Part shown: positions 13,083 to 28,340 of the stretch, one piece after another | How the letters are laid out: each line of letters begins with the position of its first letter | Position numbering within the stretch: position 1 is the first letter of the stretch | From: Octopus vulgaris | Taxonomy: Eukaryota | Length of the DNA stretch: 64,000 nucleotides | Reading direction: 5' to 3' | NCBI GenBank assembly: GCA_951406725.2 | Contig: OX597815.1 | Location: 81,840,001 to 81,904,000, forward strand | The notes under the pieces: generated by a model | The model's input: the letters and a program-made list of their open reading frames with translations, nothing else | Told to the model about the DNA's origin: nothing | Databases searched by the model: none | Made by a program: the position numbers and the translations under genes

Positions 13083-13400
13083 AGGGCGCGTGGCTTAGTG
13101 GTTAGGGCATTCGGCTCATGATCGTAAGGTTGTGAGTTCGATTCCCGGCGACGCGTTGTGTCCTTGAGCAAGACACTTTATTTCACGTTGCTCCAGTCCA
13201 CTCATCTGGCAAAAATGAGTTGTACTTGTATTTCAAAGGGTCAGCCTTGTCACTCTCTGTGTCACGCTGATTATCCCCGAGAACTACGTTAAGGGTACAC
13301 GTGTCTGTGGAATGCTCAGCCATTTGCACGTTAATTTCACGAGCAGGCTGTTCCGTTGATCGTATCAGCTGGGACCCTCATCGTCGTAACCGGCGGAGTC
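13083..13400 (+). mobile_element. SINE family C (tRNA head, gtgtccttgagcaagacactt domain)
   Basis: A-box tggcttagtgg, B-box gttcgattc; second copy at 14204-14525. Confidence 0.85.
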
Positions 13401-14034
13401 TTTAGAATATCTTGGCGATTTTATGTCTTTGCGATATATCGTTATGCTTGTTCAGTCATGGTTTATATTTTTTAAATAAATATGTTTTGCTTTGCTTGTC
13501 TGTGTTTAATCTGCGGTTTGTCCGAACAGCGGTAAGGTGGGAGCAATTGGAATTTTGAATGTTTGATTATTGCACATAAGTTTATATGTTCTCTAAGTGG
13601 AATCTAAGACTAGGATTTCGTATTAGTTGATGATGAACAGTCAAGCAATTTTCTAAATATAAGTTTCGTGTACACATATTTGAGATACTACAGTATTTTT
13701 GTTTAGAGTGCAGAGCAGTAATTTGAGCTATTTCTCTTTATCCAATCTGTTAGAATACATTATCAATCTCATAACTTCCCTTAGTCTTGAGAATTTCGCT
13801 TCTGATATAACTGAAAAGTATCCGTTACTTTGACTGATGTCATAAAAACCAGATCCTCACCAATATAGGTGTGTGCATAGTTTTCAGAAATTTCAAATAA
13901 TTAATCTTACTGCAACTGTCTCTCTTTCATGTTGTTTTTAGATTTTTCAACAATCTTGACGGAATGATTATCTTCAAGTTTTATTGATAATCATAGAGAA
14001 TTTACAATTTATTATATTATATTTGTGTCACTCG

Positions 14035-14065
<31 letters not shown>

Positions 14066-14150
14066 TGTATGTATGTATGTATGTATGTATGTATGTATGT
14101 ATGTATGTATGTATGTATGCATGCTTATATGCATATATGCTTGTATGCAT

Positions 14151-14197
<47 letters not shown>

Positions 14198-14203
14198 TAT
14201 GTG

Positions 14204-14525
14204 GGGGCGCATGACTTAGTGGTTAGAGTATTCGGTTTAGGATCTTAAGGTCGTGAGTTCGATTCCTGGCGCTGTGTTGCCTCATTCGACAAGACACTTT
14301 ATTTCAGGTTGCTCCAGTCCAGTCACTGTCACATGATGAGTTGTACCTGCATTTCAAAGGGCCAACCTCGTCACATTCTGTGTCACGCTGAATCTCCCTG
14401 AGAACTACGTTAAAAGTGCGCGTATCTGTGGAGTACTCAGAGACTTACACATTAATTTCAAGAGCAGGATGTTCTGTTGATTGAATCTACTGGAATCCCT
14501 GCCGTCGTAACCGACAGAGAGCCAG
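14204..14525 (+). mobile_element. SINE family C, diverged copy
   Basis: Colinear with 13083-13400 (aagacactttatttca.gttgctccagtcca...gagaactacgttaa...gtcgtaaccg). Confidence 0.85.
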
Positions 14526-15037
14526 TTTTTTTAATACTATTCAGATGTATTCTCAAGCACACGTTTGTAATTTACATCTGTATCATGGTACATATACACA
14601 AAAGCAGTAATACACCACGAACCTGAATATATACATATATTTATCTTTAGAATTTTCTTTGTAAGCACCGATTGACATCGGCAACTGAAACGGCCGTAAG
14701 AAGTGTTCTGTAATGATATGTTATGTTTTGTATTAAAAAATAACTAACCATTGTTAGTCAATTTGTTTGTTGATGAAAAGTTTTCTCCATTTTCTGCTTA
14801 TACAAATTTGAATTCCGGATAAACTTTTGTTTAACAGTTATTACCTGTACCCTATGAGCGCAGTGTACTTGCATACCCATGCCCAGGGTGGCATAGGTCT
14901 ATGATACCGTTAGTAAGAACAGATATTCTTATCCCTTAGACGGCCATTCCAACCGCTAACTCTGCTTACCTATATATATACACAGACATATATACATATA
15001 TTGCCTTGTATATTCATACATACATATATATATATAT

Positions 15038-15123
<86 letters not shown>

Positions 15124-15293
15124 ATACATACATATACACATCTACATGCATACATATTTATAAGATACATTATATCTAATTCATACAAGTGAATACCCAG
15201 TTGAGAAAATAATTTCAAATTGGTCTTTAAAAAACATTTAGCGTATTCACATAGGTATATATTGTATTAATGTCGCCTCTTTCTCTCTCTCTC

Positions 15294-15372
<79 letters not shown>

Positions 15373-15486
15373 CACATAGATATATGTACATGGAGAAACA
15401 CATCACTGTGCCACACTCACATTAAATGCATCGATCTATGTCTACTTACATAACTACCTCTCATTTTTCCAATTACCTATCTATCC

Positions 15487-15543
<57 letters not shown>

Positions 15544-15701
15544 CATACCTACCTACATCTTTTTGTCAGATGTAGTTGGGAAATGTCAAACCAATTATCT
15601 GCTGTGAATGATGGAATGTCAGGAGTCATCGAATTCTGTTGACAATCGGCAGACAATTTCGTCTCACCTGCATGTACGGTAATTAAAAGGAACATCATAT
15701 A

Positions 15702-15759
<58 letters not shown>

Positions 15760-16315
15760 AGTGTATGTTCATGTATGTATTACACACATACACACACACA
15801 TCTCAATATACAGCATACATGTACATATATAAATATATCAATATACAAACATACATGTACATGTGTGTGCGTGTGTGTTTACGAGTGTGTATGTATATGT
15901 ATGTATGTATGTCTATGTATATTTGCATACATCTGAGTGTGTGCGCGCGTGTGTGCGTGTGTGTGTGCGTGTGTGTGAGTCTGTGAATGTGTGAGCGGAA
16001 GAAAGAAGGAGTGAGAGGGTGTAAAAAGGAGAGCGCGAAAGCAGCTGTGATTTGATGAGACAACGTTTCGTTCAATATCCTGCACAGAAGACAGTAGGTA
16101 TGTTCGCACTGTTGTCTTAGTAATAGATGTGCAGTGAGATATAGGAGGGAGAGACGCAAATAGAGAAAGACAGGAAGTGAGAAGGAGAGTGAAAGTGAAA
16201 GTGAGCGAGAGAGGGGAAAAAAAAAAGATATTGAAAAAAATCTAAGAATGAAAGAATAGTCAAGTAGCTGTAAATAGATAAATTGGCAAATGGAAAATGG
16301 AAAGATAAATGGAAT

Positions 16316-16418
<103 letters not shown>

Positions 16419-16776
16419 CACACACAGAAATGTATACTGTAAGACCAAGAATGGAGGTGATGGTATAACATTTACCAAGGAATAACTGTAATTCTGTCAC
16501 CTCCATTCTTGGACTTAATACTTTGGAATTTCGCGTTTTATGAAACACTTTCTTTTAAGGAAAACTCTCCTACTTCTAGCATCCTGTTCGTCTGTATTTG
16601 CTGGATGAAACCGCACAAATTATGTATCTATCTATCTATCACTTTTTTTTGTTTTTTTTCACGATCCCTTTTGGAATTTTATTTTTCTCCTTTTTTTTCT
16701 ATTTGCAAAAAGAAAAGCTCTACAGTGTATTTTGTCCCCTCTGTGTTCGGCCCTTTGTGGCTAATAAAGAAACTTG

Positions 16777-16833
<57 letters not shown>

Positions 16834-17999
16834 AATTTTTTTTTGTTTTTTTTTCACGATCCCTTTTGGAATTTTTGCTCTCCGTTTATGTCTTTCTCTT
16901 CTCACAGATCAAATTCTTTATTCGTTATATATTTATTTATTCTTTTATTCATCTACATTGATGCTAAACTGGTTAACCTATCTGTTTTTAGAAAATAGTT
17001 CTATATTAGTATATCCCTTTGAATCCATTTCCTTTAATAAACCTTGTTTTTATTATTTACTTTAAAATTTTTCTGGTTCTTTAATTTTTTGTGATATTTT
17101 TGGATATTTTTTTACCTTATCGTATTTATCTACTGCATCTTTCCTTGCATTTGTATTGATCTATGACCATTGCTCCCTTAAAGCAAATCAAAAATTGTAA
17201 CCCGCAGAGAACATCCATCGCCTGTGGATATATATTGGGTCAGCTTGCTCTCTGCAGTGGAGTTGATGTTTTAAACCTTCTGACGATTATTAGCCTGTTC
17301 GCTTGCTTCTCAGTACACACACGCATACATATTTATATGTATATTTTATATATATATATATAAAATATACATATAAATATACGCACGAACGTGCATGTAA
17401 AATCTATCATATAACTAAAAAGGTTATGAAACAACTGTAAACTAATGGAATAAACATCGATTCTCTCTATGTATGTATTCTATATATGTGCGTATGTGTG
17501 TTTGTGTGATTGTGTGATAACTTCAACTATTTAGATGACTAAGACAGGAAATTCTTTATACAACAGAATGCTTGTATGCAGGTATTGAATCCTTGTGGCC
17601 CAAAGCATGCACGCTGTGAGTGTGCTGGCATAGCTAGTTTCTCTTTCGTCGTCTTTAAACATGGCCAATTGTACTGGTTTCACCTGCACCAATTTCTGTT
17701 TCTGGCAGAAAAGCACGAGTGTCAGACAACAATAACTCTCTCTTTCTCCCCTTCTCTCTCTCACTCTTACTCTCACACAGCGTGAGAGTGTGAGAGAACC
17801 ACACACTCACACCTTCACTCATACACAAATACACATGCATCCAGATTGAGATAATTGATAAATAATGAAATAAATATACTCTCTGTGTGTGTATGTATAT
17901 ATTTATGTGCGTCTGTATAGGATGTAGATATATGTATCTACTCTGGTATTGAAATATGTTGATCAGAACAGTTTAAAGTAGTCCCTATAGACCCGTGGG

Positions 18000-18779
18000 A
18001 GTGAATTAAATTTTAGCAGGAATGGATAGAAGCTTAAGCGTCGACAGGGAGAGAATTTACTAGTTTGCATCGATAAATCCTTTTAGAGTAGAAGAAAGTG
18101 TTTTGGATAATGACCTGCTTATCGATAAAAACCACAGTAAGAATTTGTAAGAAGACACTTAAGCTCGATTCAAAGATCTTCCAAACTTGGAAATTCCTGA
18201 ATGGATTATTTCACCATTTGAAGTTGAAATGTAAAGTTCAAATTTGGATACCTTTCTTATAGAAGAATTTATTGATATGACTTTCGATCTTGAATCAAAG
18301 TCTATATTCACATTTAAAGGAATGGCTTATCACTGGATCATCAAAAACTGTTAGAAATTATCTCCAACCCTTGTACAACGGTTGAGCCCGTTTGGCTAGA
18401 TTTTCCTAGTTTGTATTTGGTAGAATCTGGGTTTAGTCACGCGGATTATTAACTAAGCAAACAGGGAAGCACTTTGATCATAGAATGTAGTGATTTGCGG
18501 CTTAAACTCACAAACCTGAAATTCAGTATTCATGATCTTCTTACTGCCCTCCTAATCCATCGATACCATTACTTTGTAATTCTAGCAATAAAGGTATGCT
18601 TGCGTTTAGTGTTTGCTGATTGCTTTCACAAGCAAATTTGTATTAAACACCGGAATATTAGTACTGCTTTCTAATTTGATATTTGATAATATTGTGTTTG
18701 GAGGTGAATAGAAATGTATTTTTGCCTATTTTTATTATATGAAGGGTATCTGATAAAAAAAGTTTGGGGAAGCCCTTGG
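18000..18779 (+). mobile_element. hAT (Charlie/Buster-type) transposon remnant: transposase C-terminus and right TIR
   Basis: Peptides RFKDLPNLEIPEWIISPFEVE, FPSLYLVESGFSH and DLRLKLTNL match the hAT dimerisation region; ends aaaaagtttggggaagcccttg, like Charlie TIRs; stops and frameshifts present. Confidence 0.8.
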
Positions 18780-19196
18780 GTAGATAATTCAGTCAATAGC
18801 TATATTTTAAGATGAGAACTGGGTAGGAAAATCAAAACCATCTTAGCAGCATTGTAGGACGCTGGGTAAATAAATGTGCTGCTCCCAAATTTATTTATTG
18901 ACAGCAAACCGCAACATAAATTGGTCAGAATTGAGCCCCTAGATCCATGCGGCCCTGGGCAACTGCCCACTGAGCCATGTGTTAAGGCGGTCCCGAGTCA
19001 AATCTTTACAAACCTCGATCGATATGCTGAATAAAATAAAATATATAAATGTTATAGATTGAGAGAAACGAATGAGAGGAGAGTGAAATACACGAGAGAG
19101 AGAGAGAGAGAGAGAGAGGAAGACAGAGAGGAAAGGAGAGAAAGGGAAAGAAATGAGGGTGAGAAAAGAGAGAGCACGAGTAAATGAGTGAGAGAT

Positions 19197-19232
<36 letters not shown>

Positions 19233-20129
19233 AGTGGGAGAATGGGGGAGTGGGGGAGTATGTGACTTTCGATTTCATTGCAATTATTTATTTCTAATTA
19301 CCTGTATATTGCAATATGAAGACGCTGGAGGCAATGACGACACGACATCGAAGACAACGATGACATTCACGACAGCAACACTGACGACCTCGAAGATGAT
19401 GCCATGCTGCTGCTGCTGCTGCTGCTGTTGTTGTTGTTGTTGATAATGATAATGCTGATAGTAATGGTGAAGGCGATTTTGATGGTGGTGGTGGTGGTGG
19501 TGGTGGTGGTGGTGGTGGTGGCGGTGATGGTGGTACCTTTACTAAATACTAATTCCGTATAGCCCTCCCGCCTCTGCCGCCCCCCATGCAATCATCAGTA
19601 ATCAGAGAATGTATATGAAAAATGTCAGCAAGAAATTACTGCAACAGCTGTTACAGCACCGAAAGGAAGAACTGCTTCGATAACAGTAATACTACAAGCA
19701 CCACCACCACCACCATCATCTCTCCCACCCTCAATCCCACTCCATCACTATTACCGGCCCCTACTACATCCACCACCAACCCCAGACACACCACCATCAC
19801 CACCGCGCCTACCGTCACACCCCGCCATCTCTACAACCATCATCATGGTTAACAATGTCAATGAAGACAAAGACACTAATATAGGGGATACAGCTGCTGC
19901 TAGTGATAATGATGATGATGCTTTTTGACATTGATAGTAGGCTAAACATTTCAGAGATAAAGATAGAAGAGGAGGAGGAAGAGGAGGAGATGTGCAAATA
20001 TGGGGAATTGTTCTGAAGCCATGATATTTCAATTTTACTTAAATATTCATCTTCCGGAAATGAGGAAAAGATTCAAAGTTAATCCCAATATGATTTAAAC
20101 TCAGAATGAAGAGCAGAGATTTTTAAAAT

Positions 20130-20500
20130 GTTGATTTCAAATATTGGCACAAGGCCAGTAATTGTAGTGGTGGTCATAAGTCGATTGCATCGACCTCAGT
20201 ACTCAACTGGTACTTATTTTATCGATATTCGAAAGGATGAAAGGCGAAAGTCGACCTCGGCGGAATTTGAACTCAGAACTTAGAGACGGACGAAATACAG
20301 CTAAGCACTTTGCCTAGCGTGCTAATGATTCTGCTAGCTCGTCACTCTGAAGACATTAAGAAAAAAAAATGCTGATTTCAAATTTTGGCACAAGGCCAAC
20401 AATTTCGTGGGGGGGGGGGAGATAAGCCAATTACATCGACCCCTGTGTTCAACTAGCACTTATTTTATCGACCCCAAAAGGATGAAAAGCAAAGTTGAAA
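20130..20500 (-). mobile_element. Two adjacent SINE family A copies
   Basis: ggcacaaggcca...tggtacttattttatcga...gtcgacctcggcggaatttgaactcagaac at 20146-20345; truncated copy at 20370-20500. Confidence 0.8.
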
Positions 20501-20789
20501 ATATTCTCTATAGATGTGAAAGCCGTCGAAGAAGGAGGCACCCGGAACTGATATAAGAATGTCATGACGCCACATTTCAATGAAGTGGGTGACCAGATTG
20601 CGACTGCATGAGAGAAGACTGCGAGTGACCGCAAAGAATGGCAAAAGCAAGAAAAAGAAAAAAAGGAGTATACGACGTAGAGCCAAATTGAAAGAAGCAT
20701 TAGGAAAAGAGAGGAAGCTAGAGCATAAACTACCAACAGTATTCTGTAATAGTTGCATACATACATACATACATACATACATACATACA

Positions 20790-20820
<31 letters not shown>

Positions 20821-20864
20821 GTATATATATATATATACACGCACACACACACACACACACATAT

Positions 20865-21268
20865 TCTTTTACTCCTTTACCTGTTTCAGTCAGTCATTTG
20901 ACTGTAGTGATGCTGGAGCACCGCCTTTTAGTCGAGCAAATCGACCCCAGGACTTATTCTTTGTAAGCCTAGTACTTATTCTATCGGTTTCTTTTGCCGA
21001 ACTGCTAAGTTACGGGGGCGTAGACACACCAGCATCGGTTATCAAGCGATTTTGGGGGGACAAACACAGACACACAAACATATACACACACACATACATG
21101 CATACAAATATATATATACACACGACGGGCTTTCAGTTTCCGTCTACCAAGTCCACTCACAAGGCTTTGGTTAGCCCGAGGCTATAGTAGAAGACACTTG
21201 CCCTAGGTGTAACGCAGTGGGACTGAACCCGGAGCCATGTGGTTCGTAAGCAAGCTACTTACCACACA
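20865..21268 (-). mobile_element. SINE family B, full length
   Basis: Reverse complement of the family B consensus; a further decayed head follows at 21270-21430. Confidence 0.85.
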
Positions 21269-22145
21269 GGGCTTCCACGCGGTTTCCGTCTGCCAAAATT
21301 CAGCCACAAAACATTGATCGACCTGGGTCTATAATACAAGACATTTACCTAAAGTGCCGCGCAGTAGAACTGAACCCGAAACCACGCGGTTGTAAAGCGA
21401 GATTCTTAACTAAGCACCCGTGTCTGCCTACATACGTAGAGTTGTTTTAAAACACGTTGTAGGTACGAATGTTGTGGCTTGAATATGGAGTTATTACTTA
21501 TACTAAAAGCAAGTGCATGGCATAGCATAAAGTTTCATGAAAATAAGTTGTAATGCCTGCTTATGTTCCTTTACATTCTAATTTCAATTCCTTTTCGGGT
21601 CAACTTTAAGCTTCACCCTTCTCAGGTACATAAAATATATGTCAGGCAATAAAATGGTTACAACTTACTTGCATTGGAGAATATTTTAAAAAGCTACTCT
21701 CCATTCCGACCACAGTCCAATGACTGTAAAAGAATAAATTAGCACAATTTCTTTTTTTTTTTTTTTGCTTTTAGTCCGCGAACAGATCGCAGTTTTCAAC
21801 GACAAAACTTTGACACCGTTTTACAAAAAAAATTTAAAAAATAGAATAAAAAATAAAAATTCTTAAGTGATTTTAACGACCTTTGTGTTTTTCTGACTGG
21901 CTAGTTTATAGCTTCCACGTTGCAATGGCTTCAGTTTAAAAAAAAAAAGAAGCACGATCTAATATCAAAACACTTGTTATGCAAGTACATCTCAGTAGAA
22001 ATATAGCGTCTTTCGAAATGAATACGTAACTTCTGTGTTATTTAAATTTTGCTGTTGCCTTTACCAACCTGTTTAGCTATCTCTTAGACATGCGTGTAAT
22101 TTTAGCAATTTGCATATTTTGTAGTTTGACTGCACACCTGTAGCA

Positions 22146-22211
<66 letters not shown>

Positions 22212-22212
22212 G

Positions 22213-22280
<68 letters not shown>

Positions 22281-22375
22281 GCTATCTCTTTTAGTTATTT
22301 CTATTGGTCTGTTAAACTGTTTCATTAGATATGTAACCATCCATCCATAGTAAAATTGTATTCTATTATCTGTCA

Positions 22376-22441
<66 letters not shown>

Positions 22442-23097
22442 ATATTTATATATTTATATATATGTATGTATGTATGCTCATATACACGTGCATATGTATA
22501 TAAATATATTATATATGTACGAGAGTGTGTGTGTGTGTGTATGTGTGTGTGCGTGTATGTGTACGTCTTTTGTATATTAATGTATTTGTCTATGTATCAC
22601 GCTTTCAATGCAATAAAAAATAGTTTCTATAAGCACAGCGCTGTTTCATTTCCCATACAATAGAAGTAATTTATCACCGCCATAATTCCCATTCATAACT
22701 ACACATGTGGAACCGCCTTTTTTTTCCGACTTTCTCAACAGTTTTGCGCCTTATACACAAAAAGCCTACATGTTTGTATTCATTTATATAATTATGTATT
22801 TATTTATTTTACTATTTTTTTTTTTACTTTCTTTCCCTGTGACCCCTATATTATTTTTATTCGTGAAGGTGGAGTTGTGATTGGTAGGGGTCGGAAAGGA
22901 TTGATGGTGACATACCGCTTGGATTACACTTTAAGCGTCCGGTTTATACGTTTCGACTGGTGGGCGAGTCCAAATGACGACATGGCACTGCCGAGTGAAA
23001 CCCCTCTCTATCATCGTTTCTCTTCCTCTCTCTCTCCCCTATCTCTCCTTCTCACACTTCTTCCATAGTAATCCATGATATTTGAACAACACACTCA

Positions 23098-23131
<34 letters not shown>

Positions 23132-23243
23132 CATACATACATACATACAATACATATCCTACATACACGCGCTAGCTCACACACAAAACCTTATACATAC
23201 ACATTGATACATTGACAATAGCACGCATTATTCACACACACAG

Positions 23244-23304
<61 letters not shown>

Positions 23305-23706
23305 CTTTATCCAATACTATATTATTGAATGTGTTCTTCCCTTTTGTGGACGTTTGGTTAAGGTTCTAGGGGATTTGGCTGCTATATTTAGCAAATCAAA
23401 CGCTCACATAAAAGTCTCTTCCTTTGACTCGGTTCAAAATGGAGGCTTCATCTCCATCTCAGTATTGTTTTCTCCGTTAATGCGAGAGTAACTAATTAAT
23501 ATATCTTGGCGTACTAATCTCGGGATGTAAGCATCTGTACAACTACTTGTTTTTGATGCAGAATGCGACCCTGAACCTCCATCAGTCATTCTTCTAAGAA
23601 GTTATGCTTGCTGGAGTTTGGTAAAAGACAAAAAACAAAGCAACCAAAAGATAAATAAATAAATAACTGAGGAACTTTAGAAATAAATATGGTGATTACT
23701 CCATCT

Positions 23707-23900
23707 TCACAGTTGATTGCTGTCTCTCTGAACTTCTTCATGGTCAGTGGAATTTCTTACATTCCGTTTATAACCTTTCACAAGAGTTTTCAATCCCGCT
23801 GCGGATCTGTATGGTTTGAAGCATAGGTGACGGATGAAAGTTGAACCTTCCACTGGATTGATCAGGTCGCTTTCTGAGATATGATCTCTGTGAGCCGCCA
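23707..23900 (-). mobile_element. Possible RTE/BovB-like LINE extreme C-terminus (decayed C2H2 finger)
   Basis: STFIRHLCFKPYRSAAGLKT resembles the terminal F.C..C.K...S..GL..H motif, with lost ligands. Confidence 0.35.
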
Positions 23901-24106
23901 ATATGTCACTTCAGACCCGAAATCGATTACAACTCTTTTCGCACACTACACACGTCATATTACACATACACACGCACACACACACACATACGCTCACACA
24001 CACACACACATACATACATATATACATACATACTTACATACATGCATGCATGCATGCATAAATCTACATAAGCACACGAAGATACACACACATTTTACTC
24101 AGATAT

Positions 24107-24390
24107 ATGTTTTTCGCCCTTTTTAAGCCTAGCCAGGCTCATAGGCCCGGTTTCCCGGTTTCTGTGGCGTATGTGTTCCCTCCAGCGTTACTCAAGAATC
24201 AGGAAGAGAGAGTGAGAGAAAGTTGTGGCGAAAGAGTACAACAGCCCCCTCCCTACCTGCCGGAGCATCGTGGCGCCTCTAGGTGTTTTCGCTCAATAAA
24301 CACACACACAACGCCCAGTCTGGGAATCGAAACCGTGATCCTCCGACCGCGAGTCCGCTGTCCTAACCACTGGACCATTGCGCCTCCACC
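24107..24390 (-). mobile_element. SINE family D with 10-bp TSD
   Basis: Head ggaggcgcaatggtccagtggttagg...ggtttcgattccc; actcagatat duplicated at 24097-24106 and 24391-24400; second copy at 41797-42099. Confidence 0.85.
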
Positions 24391-26208
24391 ACTCAGATAT
24401 TTACATGCATACATACATAAATACACAAACATACATGTCAGTTGCTCAGAGAATGTGAATATTTCATTTAAAATTAGCATTTACAACTTCTTCCCCAGAT
24501 TATAAATTAGTATTTGCTCCTATAACTACTAGTATAATTGATTATATTAATAATCGTTTATGTAGTGGCCTAAAAAAATCGGGAGCTTTCAGTTAAAAAA
24601 AATATATAAGAAAGAACGTACCTAACACCTGTTCTTGTATATTCAATCTGACTAAAAGAAACAGTGAAATTAATTGTCAGTCGTTTCTTGTCTGTTTTGT
24701 CTGTTGTTGTTTATATTTCAGTGATGTAACGGTGATACTTAAAAAAACAATTCCTTGCTTAGTGAAAGACTTAAAAATTTGAAGATGAAAATTACATGAC
24801 TATGATCATGACGTGAGTTAGTTGTTCAGCTGATGTGAATATTTAATACAAAGTCTGGGAAAAAAATTATTTGTAGACGACTGCTCTGCGATCAAAAGTA
24901 TCTTTATTTTGATTGGACCTGTACATTATATCATGTCAGTGGTTCTCAATCTGTTTGCTGCATACTTAATAAGAAAACATGTTTTGATGACAAATCTGTA
25001 CAAGAGCCTGAACATCGTAAAAAATTGTGGTTTGTATAATTTAGTTGTATATAAATATGAGCAATAAAACAAGCTAAGAAATACTCTCTATTTGATTCTG
25101 GTGTTAGCGCGGAGCCCAGGTGAACCCCGGCACGGAGAGCAAAAGGTGACGAGATTCCAGAACGCATCTTACATTGCTAATGACATCTTGTAATGCATTT
25201 ACATTCACTTTACGTAGACTTCGGAGCCCTCGTACTGCTAAAAAACCAGCCTTATAAATCCGCGTGAGACTCGATAAAATAGGTTTTCGAAGTCAAATTG
25301 AAAAAAAAAATTCATGTACACCGGTCGTTAATTTTCACAATATCTCTCCGTATGGATTGTGTCTCTTATACCATAACCTTCCATAGTATTGTAGTAAGAT
25401 GTTTGCTTACCAGCATCATGGTTCCGGATTAAATATTAAAGAAAACAAGCATTTAAGCATTCGATATGCATTTCATATGGGTAAAACAGTAGAACACAGC
25501 ATTAACAAGTGGTTTCAATATATTTGTCAGCACGTGCCTCCTCACAGACAAAAGAGCTCCCGTGTTCGGCTTGTTACTATGGAAACAGGCATGAATGTAT
25601 CTATGGCTTACAATTGGTTAAAATTACCCTAAATTTTTAAACTCTAATAACTCTTTATTTATTAATATATAGCGAAAATGATTTTCATGGCATTGATTAG
25701 CTTATAAAAGTGTATTATTACACTGAATATGAAATAAATTCGAACAGAAATTGAAATTGGCGGCCAAACGGAAAAGATCCAGATAAATAAATGAAACTAT
25801 TTTTGCTGCAAAGGAAGAAGAAACGGCATCTTGTGACGTGGTGATATTCATAATTCTACACTTTAGCGAGCATAAGTGAGAAAAAAAAAATTTAACCTTA
25901 ACCTCAGACTAAAACTGCTATGCAATCAAAGGTAGCAACTGACTTACAGCCTGTCTTTGCTCACCTACTGCTTTGTAGCGATAATTATCTCTCTGAACGA
26001 CATTATGTGTAACTGTATCACAAACCCACCAACTATAGAATGCTTGCTGGGATGCCCACTAGTGCAATGACTTGCACTTCTGCTGGCCTGACATTGTATC
26101 AGTGTAGAGCTGTGGTTAACAATCGGCGTCTATACGACCCTTAAGTTTGATGTTAAAATTTATGTGCAGTGTAATCAGTTACACTTCTGCAATAGACAAA
26201 ATATTTTA

Positions 26209-26590
26209 ATCATCATCATCATCATCAACAACATCATCATCATCAACAACAACATCATTTAACGTCCGTTGTCCATGCTGGCATAGGTTGGATGGTTTGA
26301 CTGGGCTGGCACGCTGGAAGGCTGCGCCAGGCTCCAGTCTGGTTTGGCATGGTTTTCTACGGCTGGATGCCCTTCCTAACGCCAACCACGCCGAAAGTGT
26401 AATATGTGCTTTTACGTGCCACCGGAACGGATGCCATTTGCGTGACACCGGTATCTGCCACGACTGCGATTTTGCTCGGTTTGACGTATTTTCTTCTCAA
26501 GCACGACATAATGCCAACGGCATTGGTCATTGACTCCGTGAGGCCCAACACTCGAAAAGAGCTCGGCCCCAGCACTCGAATGCAGGATTA
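26209..26590 (-). mobile_element. RTE-associated short retroposon with (GAT)n tail
   Basis: Minus strand gtggttggcgttaggaagggcatccagccgtagaaaacc...ggacgttaaatgatgttgttg...gatgat; the aggaagggcatcc motif is typical of RTE-related elements. Confidence 0.7.
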
Positions 26591-27182
26591 AAAAAATAAA
26601 TATATATATATATATACATCAAATGACCATGAAGGTTCTGTAGAGTAAAACAGGAATCAAAAAGATCCATAGGCAAAAACTGGTTGGGAACAACTGATGA
26701 AGGATGTAGAAAAATGTGTTCAGCTTTCGACAAGCAAAATTTAACTGAATAAACTTGATAATTTAAGTTTGATAAGATCGACTGCTACTGAACTGCTATT
26801 TCAGAAGTTCACCCTGTTTTAATACTTTGTGTGATGTAAGGCGCCTTCATTGACTGAAGTTTCTGACTGATGTTGCTTCCCTGTATTAATATAGTTATAG
26901 CAAACGTTAATTGAAATTTAGCTCACACAACCCAGCTGTAAGATTTGAAGTTACAGATTTCAAGGTTCGATGAACAAAATAGACATGAGGTTTATGATTT
27001 TTGCCTTGCTAAATGGTGAGGAGAAACTTAAGCTTTAATTAATTTTAATTACCTTCTAATCGTTATCTCTTCTAAAATATTCGGTCACGGACGGTGGATT
27101 TATACAAATTCGCTAGTGTGTAGTAGATATGAATATATTATAAATACTGTTTCTTAATCAGAGTTGAATATCTCTTCAGTAA

Positions 27183-27213
<31 letters not shown>

Positions 27214-27961
27214 CATACATACATGCATGCATACATACATACATACGTACATACATACATACATACATACATACATACATACATACATACAAAAATACCT
27301 TCCTATTGGCAAGAAATCTTGAAATAAAAGTGTATGATGGTAAGCATACATACATATGCACAAAACCCGAAAATAGAATCATACAGAAGTTCAGGATTTA
27401 AAACAAACAATTCTCATTGTAAGAGCATTACAGCATCTGAGAAAAACAAAACAAAGCAAAAACAAATAGAAGAAAAACAACAACAAATAAATGCACACAA
27501 ATGGATGGGTGAAACCAAATCACGAGGACTTGCACGCACACATGCACAAAAATACACAAAATAACGCCACTAGGTTAGAGATTATTTATGGAAAACACAA
27601 AATCACAAAATACTGCTATACACAGGGCTGTGAAAGAAAGTAAGGTAGAAAAATAACATTGCAGAAAATGTAAGAACAATAGGTAATATTTGTATTGTCA
27701 TTGGTGATCAGCACGAACGATATTGTTTAAAAAGTCCAGGAAGCAGACAACTGAAATATTATACAAAGGAAGAAAAAATAAAAATCACCTACCGTAAGTT
27801 TAAATTAAACATCTCATCTTATACCAATATGGCTGCCGATCTGTAGAGGGAAAATAGAAGACTGTTAGTATGTGGTGTTGTAGAGGTGACTATAAAATGT
27901 TAGTGAAGAAGACAATGGCGATTGCGACCATGATGATGGTGATGTAAAGAAAGAAGTAATA

Positions 27962-28340
27962 TTGATTTCAAATTTAGGCACAAGGCCAGCAATCTTGGGG
28001 AGGGCAGAAGTCGATTACATTGACCCCCACTGTTCAACTGGTACATATTTTATCGATACCGAATGGATGAAAAGCAAAGTCGACAATTCTGTTAACGTTT
28101 CTGCCAGCTCGCCACCTTACATAAAACAATTAATATTGATTTCAAATTTGACACGAGGCCAGCGATTTCGTGGAGGGAGAAAGTTGTTGACACCGATCCC
28201 AGTGCATAACTGATACTTATTTTATCGACCCCGAAAGGATGAAAGGCAAAGTCGAGCACGACTGCATTTGAACTCAACGTAAAGAAGAATGAAATGCGGC
28301 TAAGAAGTTTGCCAGGCGCTCTAAAGATTCTGCTACCTTA
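27962..28340 (-). mobile_element. Two tandem diverged SINE family A copies
   Basis: Repeated attgatttcaaattt...ttttatcga...ggatgaaa.gcaaagtcga blocks. Confidence 0.75.

Noticed and set aside
13083-13150. tRNA-like sequences at SINE heads
   Set aside because: A/B boxes are present but there is no complete cloverleaf, and they continue into SINE bodies.
14655-14970. GTAAGCA...GAAAcggccgTA with a loose inverted counterpart near 14935-14970
   Set aside because: Suggests a decayed G3:C8 hammerhead, but G5 is missing and stems I/II do not close properly.
19300-19600. Minus-strand His/Gln-rich frame ending at cag|gtaatt
   Set aside because: Mostly triplet repeats, upstream stops, no convincing acceptor or partner exons.
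24938-26697. Possible hAT TIR pair (cagtggttctcaa / ggttgggaacaactg)
   Set aside because: No matching 8-bp TSD, so they cannot be linked as one element.
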